From positions 1-28,097 of the forward strand of contig JBLFXD010000001.1 of assembly GCA_047611045.1 (NCBI GenBank): a stretch of 28,097 nucleotides of DNA, read 5' to 3'. A model generated the notes under the pieces. It did not search any database, had not been told where the DNA came from, and saw only the letters and a program-made list of their open reading frames with translations. Position numbers and translations under genes: made by a program. This DNA comes from Planctomycetaceae bacterium (lineage in GTDB: Bacteria; Planctomycetota; Planctomycetia; Planctomycetales; Planctomycetaceae). Positions 1-8,195 of this stretch are shown here, one piece after another; positions within the stretch are counted from its first letter, which is position 1; every line of letters starts with the position of its first letter.

Positions 1-3000
1 GCAGCGGTGGACTTGTCCACTCTGGACGGCACAATTGGCTTCCGGCTCGAGGGAATCGAAGAACGTGACTGGTCCGGCGCTTCGGTGTCGAGTGCGGGTG
101 ACGTGAACGGTGACGGCTTCGATGACCTGATCATCGGAGCGAGGTTTGCGAATCACGGCGGGAACTTACAGGCCGGTGAGAGCTACGTGGTGTTCGGAAA
201 ATCCGGCGGGTTCAGCTCGGCGGTGAACCTTTCCACGCTCGACGGGACGACCGGCTTCCGGCTTGACGGAATCAATATAAGTGACTCGTCCGGCGTTTCA
301 GTGTCGAGTGCGGGTGACGTGAACGGCGACGGCTTCGATGACGTGATCATCGGAGCGCTCCACGCAGATCCCGGCGGGGATTCTTCGGCCGGTGAGAGCT
401 ACGTGGTGTTCGGAAAGTCCGGCGGGTTCAACTCGGCAGTGAACCTGTCCACGCTGGACGGGACAATCGGCTTCCGGCTGGACGGAATCGACGCAGATGA
501 CATTTCCGGCACTTCGGTTTCGAGTGCGGGTGACGTGAATGGCGACGGCTTCGATGACGTGATCATCGGAGCGTTCAAGGCGGATCCCGGCGAGGACTCA
601 TGGGCCGGTGAGAGCTACGTGGTGTTCGGAAAGTCTGGCGGGTTCAGCTCAGCCGTGGACCTGGCCGCGCTGGACGGGACGACAGGCTTCCAGGTGGACG
701 GAATCGACGCGGATGACATTTCCGGCGCTTCGGTGTCGAGTGCGGGTGACGTGAACGGCGACGGCTTCGATGACCTGATCATCGGAGCGTTCCACGCAGA
801 TCCCGGCGGAGACTCAAAGGCCGGGGAGAGCTACGTGGTGTTCGGAGGAAACTTCACCGGCAGCGTTGAGACGCACGTCGGCGACGCGACCGCGAACACA
901 CTGGCGGCAACACAAGGTGCCAGCACGATCGACATTCTGATCGGTGCTCAGGGCAACGACACGCTTATCGGTGACGGTGGGGCTGATGTGCTCTACGGCG
1001 GCGAAGGAGATGACACGCTGGCCATCGTCAGCTCCGCATTTCAACGGGTGGCCGGCGGCAACGGTTCGGACACCCTGCGTCTAAACGGCGCGGGACTCAC
1101 GCTGGACCTGACAACGATTGCTGATAACAAGGTAATCGACATTGAAGTCATCGATATCTCGGGCAGCGGCCCCAACACGTTGACGCTGGACTTCCAGGAA
1201 GTCATCAACATCAGCAGTAGTTCTAACACGCTGGCAGTACGACACGATTCGGGCGACACAATCAATATTGGCGATGGGTGGGCTCAGACATCCAGGCGAA
1301 CCGTCGAATCAATCGCCTATGAAGTATTTACTCAGGGTGCTGCCGAATTGTTGATCGAGGATATCGCCCCGAAAGTATCGCAGTCCTTTCCACTGCCGGA
1401 TGGTGGTGGGGAATATCTGGTTGCCCGGAGTGCATCCGGTGTCGCTCTTGAGATTCGGCAGATTCTGCTTTCGTCTTCGACACTCATTACCTTTCCGCTC
1501 GACCAACTTGGCAACCTGACAATCAACGGCAGCTCGTCTACTGATAGAGTCACTCTGGGAACTCTGGATGGCTGTACCGGAACGATTATCTTCAATGCGG
1601 GTGCTGGTCACGACGTTTTCGATGCGTCAGCGACGGCGATAGACACCAACGTTCAGGGCGGCGCGGGGAATGACCGATTTCTGGGTGGCAGCGGAATCGA
1701 TCGGTTCGTCGGTGGCGACGGGTCAGACAGTGCAAGCGGTGGCGGCGGCAACGATTCACTGATCGGTAACAGTGGGGACGATACGCTGAGGGGTGATGCT
1801 GGCAATGACTTCCTGAACGGCAACGCTGGTCGCGACGTGCTCACCGGAAACGATGGCAACGACACAGTGTTCGGTGGCAGTGGAACAGACACTCTGGATG
1901 GAGGGTCTGGTGCTGACTTTGTGAATGGGCAGGGCGGTCGGGCCGACATTGTGGCCGGTGGCGGAGGTGCCGACACACTTCGAGGCGGCGCCAGCGACGT
2001 GATCATTCCCGGCTCCGCAGACACCGTACCTTCACCTCCGACGACGCCAGGCGATGGGTCGACGCAGATCGTCACACTGCCAGTGACGGGTGGGCCATTC
2101 ACTGTCCTTATCGACGGCGATCGGCTCAAAATAACTTCGGCCAGTGAGACCGTCAGCGACGTTCCTCTGCTGGGTACCAGCGACGTTTCCATCATCGGAA
2201 GCGATGGTGATGACAGCGTTACTTTTGATGCGTCTTTGGCAACGCTCATTGGCAGCGTCACATTCAACGGCGGAGACGGCAACGATTCGTTCGACACTTC
2301 AGCCGTCAGCATTCTGACCTTGTTCGTCGGCGGTGCCGGTAACGACACACTGACCGGAGGTGACGGGCGTGACATCTTCCTGGGTGGAGACGGCGACGAC
2401 AGCGCTAGCGGTGGAGCAGGCAACGACGTGCTCAATGGCAACGGCGGAAAGGATTCGCTGTTTGGTGGCGATGGTGACGACCAACTGTTGGGAGGCCGCG
2501 ATACCGATTTCCTCGACGGAGGAAACGGAAGCGACGCAGTAAATGGCCAGAGCGGCAGGGGTGATATCGTCGCCGGAGGTGGCGGCGGAATCGACACATT
2601 GCGAGGAGACTCAAGCGACACGTTAATTGATGGTCCCAGTGGGATCGTACCGGGCACTGTTGAACCAGGTGGCGCCGTTTCGAACGGAGTGTTGACGGTA
2701 GCACTTCCAATGACCGGAGGCTCATTCAACGTTCTGGTTGCAGCAGGGCAAATCCAGGTTGTACCGGCAGGCGGCGGTACGCCCCTGGTCGACGAAGTCT
2801 TCGCTGGCATCACGGACATCGTCATTAACGGTGGAGCCGGGAACGATGCGGTCGTCATCGATGCAACGCTTACAGCCATCGTTGAAACGGTCGCGTTTTA
2901 CGGTTTCGGTGGCGATGACAGTTTGGATTCAGGCTCGTCAGCAGCCAATGTCGTGTTCAACGGCGGAGACGGCGATGACACGCTGATCGGTGGCAGTGGC

Positions 3001-3456
3001 AACGACGTGGCAAACGGCGGCGCTGGTGACGACAGCATCACCACCGGAGCGGGCACGGATCGGATTGATGCCGGAGTCGGAGACGATTTCGTAGACGCGG
3101 GAACGGACGCCGACACTGTCTTCGGCGAGGCCGGACAAGACGTTCTCATCGGTGGAGCGGGTACTGACCGGATTGATGCCGGAATCGGGGACGATTTCGT
3201 AGACGCAGGAACGGATGCCGATACCGTCTTCGGCGGGGCGGGGCGGGATGTTCTCATCGGTGGAACCGGCAACGACTTTCTGAACGGCAACGGTGGCCGC
3301 GACACGATTTCTGGCGGAGACGACGACGACACTCTTCTGGGCGGATCTAATCGGGACTCGCTTGATGGTGGGTTGGGCAACGACATCGTCCGAGGGCAGG
3401 GAGGAAATCATGACATCGTCATTGGCGGAGGCGGCATCGACATCGTCGCGCCGTAG
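1..3456 (+). CDS. Large secreted or surface protein with FG-GAP (integrin-alpha-like) repeats and RTX/haemolysin-type Ca-binding GGxGxD repeats; 5'-partial
   Basis: Frame 1 is open from base 1 (AAVDLSTLDG...) to TAG at 3454-3456, so the true start lies upstream of the window. It has four SSAGDVNGDGFDD(L/V)IIGA...GESYVVFG repeats followed by many GGxGND/GGxGDD nonapeptides. Confidence 0.93.
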   Translation, partial: AAVDLSTLDGTIGFRLEGIEERDWSGASVSSAGDVNGDGFDDLIIGARFANHGGNLQAGESYVVFGKSGGFSSAVNLSTLDGTTGFRLDGINISDSSGVSVSSAGDVNGDGFDDVIIGALHADPGGDSSAGESYVVFGKSGGFNSAVNLSTLDGTIGFRLDGIDADDISGTSVSSAGDVNGDGFDDVIIGAFKADPGEDSWAGESYVVFGKSGGFSSAVDLAALDGTTGFQVDGIDADDISGASVSSAGDVNGDGFDDLIIGAFHADPGGDSKAGESYVVFGGNFTGSVETHVGDATANTLAATQGASTIDILIGAQGNDTLIGDGGADVLYGGEGDDTLAIVSSAFQRVAGGNGSDTLRLNGAGLTLDLTTIADNKVIDIEVIDISGSGPNTLTLDFQEVINISSSSNTLAVRHDSGDTINIGDGWAQTSRRTVESIAYEVFTQGAAELLIEDIAPKVSQSFPLPDGGGEYLVARSASGVALEIRQILLSSSTLITFPLDQLGNLTINGSSSTDRVTLGTLDGCTGTIIFNAGAGHDVFDASATAIDTNVQGGAGNDRFLGGSGIDRFVGGDGSDSASGGGGNDSLIGNSGDDTLRGDAGNDFLNGNAGRDVLTGNDGNDTVFGGSGTDTLDGGSGADFVNGQGGRADIVAGGGGADTLRGGASDVIIPGSADTVPSPPTTPGDGSTQIVTLPVTGGPFTVLIDGDRLKITSASETVSDVPLLGTSDVSIIGSDGDDSVTFDASLATLIGSVTFNGGDGNDSFDTSAVSILTLFVGGAGNDTLTGGDGRDIFLGGDGDDSASGGAGNDVLNGNGGKDSLFGGDGDDQLLGGRDTDFLDGGNGSDAVNGQSGRGDIVAGGGGGIDTLRGDSSDTLIDGPSGIVPGTVEPGGAVSNGVLTVALPMTGGSFNVLVAAGQIQVVPAGGGTPLVDEVFAGITDIVINGGAGNDAVVIDATLTAIVETVAFYGFGGDDSLDSGSSAANVVFNGGDGDDTLIGGSGNDVANGGAGDDSITTGAGTDRIDAGVGDDFVDAGTDADTVFGEAGQDVLIGGAGTDRIDAGIGDDFVDAGTDADTVFGGAGRDVLIGGTGNDFLNGNGGRDTISGGDDDDTLLGGSNRDSLDGGLGNDIVRGQGGNHDIVIGGGGIDIVAP
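13..845 (+). repeat. Four tandem in-frame FG-GAP repeat units with a 216-bp (72-aa) period
   Basis: The AGTGCGGGTGACGTGAA core recurs at 91, 307, 523 and 739, an exact 216-nt spacing, with high nucleotide similarity between units. Confidence 0.9.
3046..3261 (+). repeat. 108-bp in-frame tandem duplication (36 aa) within the RTX region
   Basis: GAGTDRIDAG(V/I)GDDFVDAGTDADTVFG(E/G)AG(Q/R)DVLIG occurs twice, starting at 3046 and 3154. The differences are mostly synonymous. Confidence 0.88.
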
Positions 3457-3863
3457 CAATATCGGGGCATTGGGAATGTCAGTCTGCCGATTTCACCTTG
3501 CGGCGTAGTCGACGAAGTCGTCGCCGAAATAACCAACGCCACCGCAGCGAAAACGCTACTTCCCAATTCCGGTGCACCAAAGAAATCGACGCCATAATGG
3601 TCTCGATCAAGGAATTGCCTCCGACCGAAGGTGTTGGCCAGGTTCGCGTCGCTGGAGAACTCGGATGGGAACGTGCCGAACAATGGAGCGCCGCTAACGT
3701 CCCCTTTCCATCGCGACCAGATCAGCAGCCTCACCGAAGTCTGCGCTTCCAGCCGCTGGGACATTCCAGAAGGCTGGCCTGCCGCTTAAACACTCGGTTT
3801 CTGCTCCGACTCTGAATCGGGTTGGCACTCCTCCCGCCCAGCGCGTGGTCCATGCCACTGTGA

Positions 3864-5429
3864 TTATGGCTTTGGGATGGTCCGCTTTCGGGCCGCTGCT
3901 TTGATTGCAGATCGATTTGCGGTCGTCATGGGGATGTCTTCGCGGACCGAAGTCTCTGACGTTATCAGAGATTGAACAACCAACGTGATCTTGTCCTGCG
4001 GCGGATGCTTCATGCGGGTCAGTAGCTCGACGAGGTCCTCTTCGAATCGTTTGCGCCACTGGTCTCCATAGGTCTCCTGGCTGAAAGTCACGATCTCGGC
4101 AGCGGGGATCTTGTTTAGCGACACGAGTTTGAACCACTCTTCGCCGAGCCTGACTTCCGGCTGGGATTCCTGCCACCGCACGGCGTTGAAGGGAGACTTC
4201 TTCGGGTATTCGGCCTGCTGCACGGGTTCGAGCCCCGGCGGCTCGGCTGGGACCGTGGCTTTCACGATCTCCCACGCGGCTGCTTCGGCTTTTGCAATGT
4301 CGCCGTCGTTCGACGTGACGGCGACCACCATCTTCTTCTCAGGGATAAATACAACCAGCGCGTACCACATCGTGTTCGAGCCGTTGTGCCAGTAGACGGT
4401 GTGCGGGATTTCTCCGTCTGGTTCCTTCTTTACCCAGCCGCAGGCATAGCCATCGAGTTCTGGTCGATGCAGCAGTTTGCAGGTCTCGGCGGAGAGCAGC
4501 TTGCCCGCGCCGAGGTCGCCACGCAGATGTTCGGTTGCGAAAGTGCAGAGGTCGTTCAGAGTCATGTGAACGATACCGGCCGGGCCGATAATGAAGGTGT
4601 TATCGGCATCGTCGTCGACCGCCACTTTCCAACCGAGAAACGTTGTGTGACCTCGCGGCTGTTCGACCTTGCTGGCAGAACTCTTCGGCGGACCGAACCC
4701 CGCGCTCGTCAGTTTCAGCGGTTTGAAAACTTCTCGCTTTACGAGAGCTTCCCAGGCCACTCCGGTCGCCTTTTCAGCCATAGCCCCCGCAATTGTGTAG
4801 CCAATATTCGAGTAGACAAACTTCTTGCCCGGCGGGTTTGCTGGTTTGAAAGCGAGCACATTCAGTACAGCTTTCAGGCGGGCCTTTGTGGATTCGAGAC
4901 CCAACGCCGGCCGTTCGTAAGCCACGTGAAGAGGGAAGTTCGCTGGCGCGCCCGCACTGTGCGTCAGCAGTTTCCTGACCGTGACCGGCTTCCAGTCTTC
5001 GTGGATTGATGCGTCAGGAAAACGGTCACCGATCGAGTCCGACCAATTCATCTGTTTCGCCTCGACCAGTCGCGCGATCATCGTGGCGGTGATCGATTTG
5101 GTGATCGAGCCGAGGTGCCATCGATCGCCGATCTGAATCGACACGCCGCTCCCCGTCTTTCGCTCCCCGTCGACCGCTGAATCGACGACTTTCCCGTTGA
5201 CCATAACCATCGCGGCGAGGCCAACGAGTTTGTTCTCTCGGCGAAGTTTGATGATCAACTCCGCAAGTGGGCTTTCCTCGCCGTTGCGGGCGGGAGCTTT
5301 GCCATCGTTGGACTCTCCAAAACTGCCTGGCAGGAAAATGAACATGAGAACTACGCCGCTCAGGCAAGCTCCGAACAACCATCGACGAAGCTGCCCTGAC
5401 CGCTTGATGCTCTCAGGAATTTTGGTCAT
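3864..5429 (-). CDS. Beta-lactamase-family (class C/AmpC-like fold) serine hydrolase with an N-terminal membrane anchor or signal and an extra C-terminal domain of about 100 aa
   Basis: Motifs are S-I-T-K (SxxK, 5097-5108), LLTHSAG, Y-S-N (4806-4814) and H-N-G (WHNGSN). The N-terminus is hydrophobic (WLFGACLSGVVLMFIFLP). Confidence 0.9.
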   Translation of the reverse strand: MTKIPESIKRSGQLRRWLFGACLSGVVLMFIFLPGSFGESNDGKAPARNGEESPLAELIIKLRRENKLVGLAAMVMVNGKVVDSAVDGERKTGSGVSIQIGDRWHLGSITKSITATMIARLVEAKQMNWSDSIGDRFPDASIHEDWKPVTVRKLLTHSAGAPANFPLHVAYERPALGLESTKARLKAVLNVLAFKPANPPGKKFVYSNIGYTIAGAMAEKATGVAWEALVKREVFKPLKLTSAGFGPPKSSASKVEQPRGHTTFLGWKVAVDDDADNTFIIGPAGIVHMTLNDLCTFATEHLRGDLGAGKLLSAETCKLLHRPELDGYACGWVKKEPDGEIPHTVYWHNGSNTMWYALVVFIPEKKMVVAVTSNDGDIAKAEAAAWEIVKATVPAEPPGLEPVQQAEYPKKSPFNAVRWQESQPEVRLGEEWFKLVSLNKIPAAEIVTFSQETYGDQWRKRFEEDLVELLTRMKHPPQDKITLVVQSLITSETSVREDIPMTTANRSAIKAAARKRTIPKP

Positions 5430-5528
5430 CGCGTTCTTTCCGTTTTCAAAGTCAAGCCGACGTCCAGCCTACGATAAAGATCACCGGCTCTTCGGATTAG
5501 GACCGCTCGATCAATGAGTGCCCGAAGT

Positions 5529-5587
5529 CGTAGCCTGACTCTCCGAGTCGGGTACGGGAAACGCCCGACTCGGAGAGTCAGGCTACG
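5529..5587. repeat. REPIN-like element: two inverted GTAG-type REP units forming a perfect 24-bp inverted repeat
   Basis: CGTAGCCTGACTCTCCGAGTCGGG (5529-5552), an 11-nt loop, then its exact reverse complement (5564-5587). Each arm is GTAG plus a small internal hairpin (CCTGACTC-TCC-GAGTCGGG). Confidence 0.85.
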
Positions 5588-5624
5588 GTCAAATATGACC
5601 GTTATTCTTCGAGCGGTCCTTACC

Positions 5625-8195
5625 TTATTCAACGGGCTTGTTTTGATCCCTGACGAGATTGCGGTTCTCTTCAGTCATCAGGATCTGCAACTGCTCGATC
5701 TGTCCGTCCTGCGTCTTGAGACCCAAGGTTACCTTACGCTCCGGTTCGTGGCCCATCTGCGACAAGAGTCTCACAAGATCCTCGGCGAAGCGTTTGCGGG
5801 CGATATCGCCGTATTCCTTGTTCGCGAATTTCATGATTCGATCAATCGGGATGCCATCGATCGAAGCGAGCGGGGACCACTTGTCGTGTACACAGACGAT
5901 AGGCCGATCGTTCTCCCAGCGGACGCCCGAGTACGGAGCGACATTCGCGTACCAACCCTCTGTCACCAGCTTTCTCTGTGACAAGGGAATTGATTGCTCC
6001 AACAGCTTATGGCCGATCGGGTCGACCTCGGGGCCGCCGCAGTTTGTCATCACCGCGACACCGACTCCGTGCTCGGGCAGGAAACCGATCCACGCATTGC
6101 AATTGCTGCGGTGACCGGTCTTTTCCAGAACTCGGCCAACACCGTCAATCGACCCTACGGACCATCCGAACGCCGTCCCCGAGGCCGTTCCGTCCGAGAG
6201 CGTTGTCTCGGTGTGAAGCTGGTCGAGCATTTCACGGGTGAAAACTCCCGGCTTCATTTGAGCTGCCAGAAACTTCGCCAGATCCTCAACCGTAGTGACC
6301 AGGCCGTCGGAAGCTGCCAACCGCTCCTTGAAAGAATGCTTAATTTTGGCACCGGTACGCGAGGGCGTTGTGGCACCAGAATGCGAGCGCCAATCGTAGC
6401 CGGTGGCCAGGCGGAGTTTGTCGTCAGCCTGAATGGCCGTTCGTTCCAGCTTGAGTGGGTCGCAAACGAACTCCTTCATCAGCCGGTCGAATGGCTTTCC
6501 AGCGGCCCGTTCCAACGCATGGCCCAGCAGCCCGAATCCGAGATTGGAAAATCCGTCGGAAGTATCAGGATCGAACTTCAATCTGACGTCGACCATTGGG
6601 TCGTGGTGGTGAAGCTTGACGTTGGACAGGTGGTCGTAAAGCCGCTGCGGTTCCAGTTGGTACCAGCCTTCGACCGACTGGACCTGGCCCGGCACACCGC
6701 GTGGCAAGCCAGACGTGCCGACCGCTAGCTGCCGCAGCGTAATCGTTGCTCCGACTTCGGGCGTCGTGCTGATGGAAACGCCGTCGGGCAGATACTTCGC
6801 GACGGGTTGATCGAGATCGACCACCCCCTGTTCATGCAGGATCACTGCCAGCGAAGCGGTGAAGGCTTTGGTCACGGAGGCGACATGGTACTGAGTCTGC
6901 GTCGTCGCCGGTCTTTCCGTCGTCGTGTCTTCAAACCCGAACGCGCCCTGGTAGACGATCTCGCCATCGCGCACGACAACGGCGCTCAGGCTCGGATAGG
7001 TGTCGCCACGCATCGTCTGCATCCACGAGTCCATGTGCGAGATGTCATTGTCGGAAAACTCGCTCACGTCACCCAATCCCGGCCCACGTAGAAACTCGCC
7101 CCTGAACTTCGAATCGCCGATCAAATGGAACACGACGTAAACCGCCATGATCCCCACGACCGAAGTCAGAACGATAATCGCGATCGCGGGAGCCTTCGGC
7201 AAACGCTGCGGCGTTGGGTCAACCGAGTCTTGCAGGTCAACACCCGCGGCCTGCGCGTTTGATTCGTTGTCTGCCGCTGCAGACTTCTTCTTCTTCTTCT
7301 TCTTCTTCTTTCTGCGAGACCATACCCAGACGCATACCAAAGCAATCTCGAACGGGATCGTGGCTCCCACCACCGATTGAAAAAGTACAGGCCCCATATC
7401 AGGGATTGGAAACTGTAGCCCGCAGAACCCTCCGAGCAGCGTGGGCAGAATGACCGCTAGCGATTCACGCCACGACGGAATCAGGATGTTCCAGTTCTCT
7501 GCCCAACTGGAATTCAGACCGCAATTCCAAACCGGATCGGTGAGTGCGGACACGAGATCGAAAATGTCGCCCGAGTCTTCGCCCTTTGTTTCATCTTCGA
7601 GACTTGCGACCAGCTTCAACAGGTCCTGACGGCGCGGTTCAAGTCGCACACGCACGGCGCGTTGATTGATCAGGTAGGTCGCCCAATAGGCCACGAGCAG
7701 GAAAAGGCCGAGCCCCCCACTAAAGACGACAAACCCCCACCAGTTGCTGGATGTTTCCCAGGCAACCTGCAGAAAGAACGCCATGATCGCAATAGAAAAC
7801 GGCAGCAGATACCACCAGAAAACATTGCGTAGCAGCCAGATCTGATGCTCGACCTGAGTCAATGACTCCTTCACGTAGTACAGAAGCGGTTCGCCCGGCG
7901 GACTCGGTCGCTGCGGATGACGCTTGCGATCAACGACAAAGAATCCGGCAACCCAGATAAGAGCGGGCACCATCAGATACCAGGTCCAGGGCAATGACAT
8001 CGTGCTGCCCACGTAGAACCAGACAGGTATCATCAGGAGGGAGCCTCTTGCTTCACGAAGATCCCGCGAGAAGATCGTCGATTGAAATCCCTCGTGGGAA
8101 CGTCGCACTACTTTCGACAGTGAGTCGGCATCGATCGTGACACGCGTCTGAGCGGCGTCCGCCTTCCACGCCTGCTGAAATTTGTCAGGATCCAT
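5625..8195 (-). CDS. Fusion protein: multi-TM putative anti-sigma factor, beta-lactamase-fold serine hydrolase domain, and the C-terminal domain shared with 3864-5429
   Basis: The ATG at 8195 (MDPDKFQQAWK) overlaps the sigma stop codon and follows GGGAG; the ORF track starts it at 8207. There are about 7 hydrophobic segments in the first 370 aa or so. Hydrolase motifs are SVTK (6867-6878), FSN in place of YxN (6543-6551) and KTG (6114-6122). The anti-sigma role is inferred from position and topology. Confidence 0.8.
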   Translation of the reverse strand: MDPDKFQQAWKADAAQTRVTIDADSLSKVVRRSHEGFQSTIFSRDLREARGSLLMIPVWFYVGSTMSLPWTWYLMVPALIWVAGFFVVDRKRHPQRPSPPGEPLLYYVKESLTQVEHQIWLLRNVFWWYLLPFSIAIMAFFLQVAWETSSNWWGFVVFSGGLGLFLLVAYWATYLINQRAVRVRLEPRRQDLLKLVASLEDETKGEDSGDIFDLVSALTDPVWNCGLNSSWAENWNILIPSWRESLAVILPTLLGGFCGLQFPIPDMGPVLFQSVVGATIPFEIALVCVWVWSRRKKKKKKKKKSAAADNESNAQAAGVDLQDSVDPTPQRLPKAPAIAIIVLTSVVGIMAVYVVFHLIGDSKFRGEFLRGPGLGDVSEFSDNDISHMDSWMQTMRGDTYPSLSAVVVRDGEIVYQGAFGFEDTTTERPATTQTQYHVASVTKAFTASLAVILHEQGVVDLDQPVAKYLPDGVSISTTPEVGATITLRQLAVGTSGLPRGVPGQVQSVEGWYQLEPQRLYDHLSNVKLHHHDPMVDVRLKFDPDTSDGFSNLGFGLLGHALERAAGKPFDRLMKEFVCDPLKLERTAIQADDKLRLATGYDWRSHSGATTPSRTGAKIKHSFKERLAASDGLVTTVEDLAKFLAAQMKPGVFTREMLDQLHTETTLSDGTASGTAFGWSVGSIDGVGRVLEKTGHRSNCNAWIGFLPEHGVGVAVMTNCGGPEVDPIGHKLLEQSIPLSQRKLVTEGWYANVAPYSGVRWENDRPIVCVHDKWSPLASIDGIPIDRIMKFANKEYGDIARKRFAEDLVRLLSQMGHEPERKVTLGLKTQDGQIEQLQILMTEENRNLVRDQNKPVE
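7284..7310 (-). repeat. Perfect trinucleotide microsatellite (AAG)9 encoding a Lys9 tract
   Basis: The plus strand reads (CTT)9 at 7284-7310. The translation is ...VWSRR-KKKKKKKKK-SAAAD. Confidence 0.95.

Noticed and set aside
1653-3459. Long minus-strand Pro/Ser-rich ORFs (1653-2879, 2898-3386, 2938-3459)
   Set aside because: They are antisense readings of the Gly/Asp-rich RTX repeats (GGC/GAC becomes Pro/Ser/Val).
5426-5981. ORFs 5514-5981 (+) and 5426-5632 (-) with self-similar 'RRVRLR/LTLRVG' text
   Set aside because: The pattern is just the translation of the REP palindrome, and the rest is antisense to the fusion gene.
3864-8195. Calling the hydrolases antibiotic-resistance beta-lactamases (ampC)
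   Set aside because: The SxxK/YxN fold also covers esterases, D-peptidases and amidases, and substrate cannot be read from these motifs.
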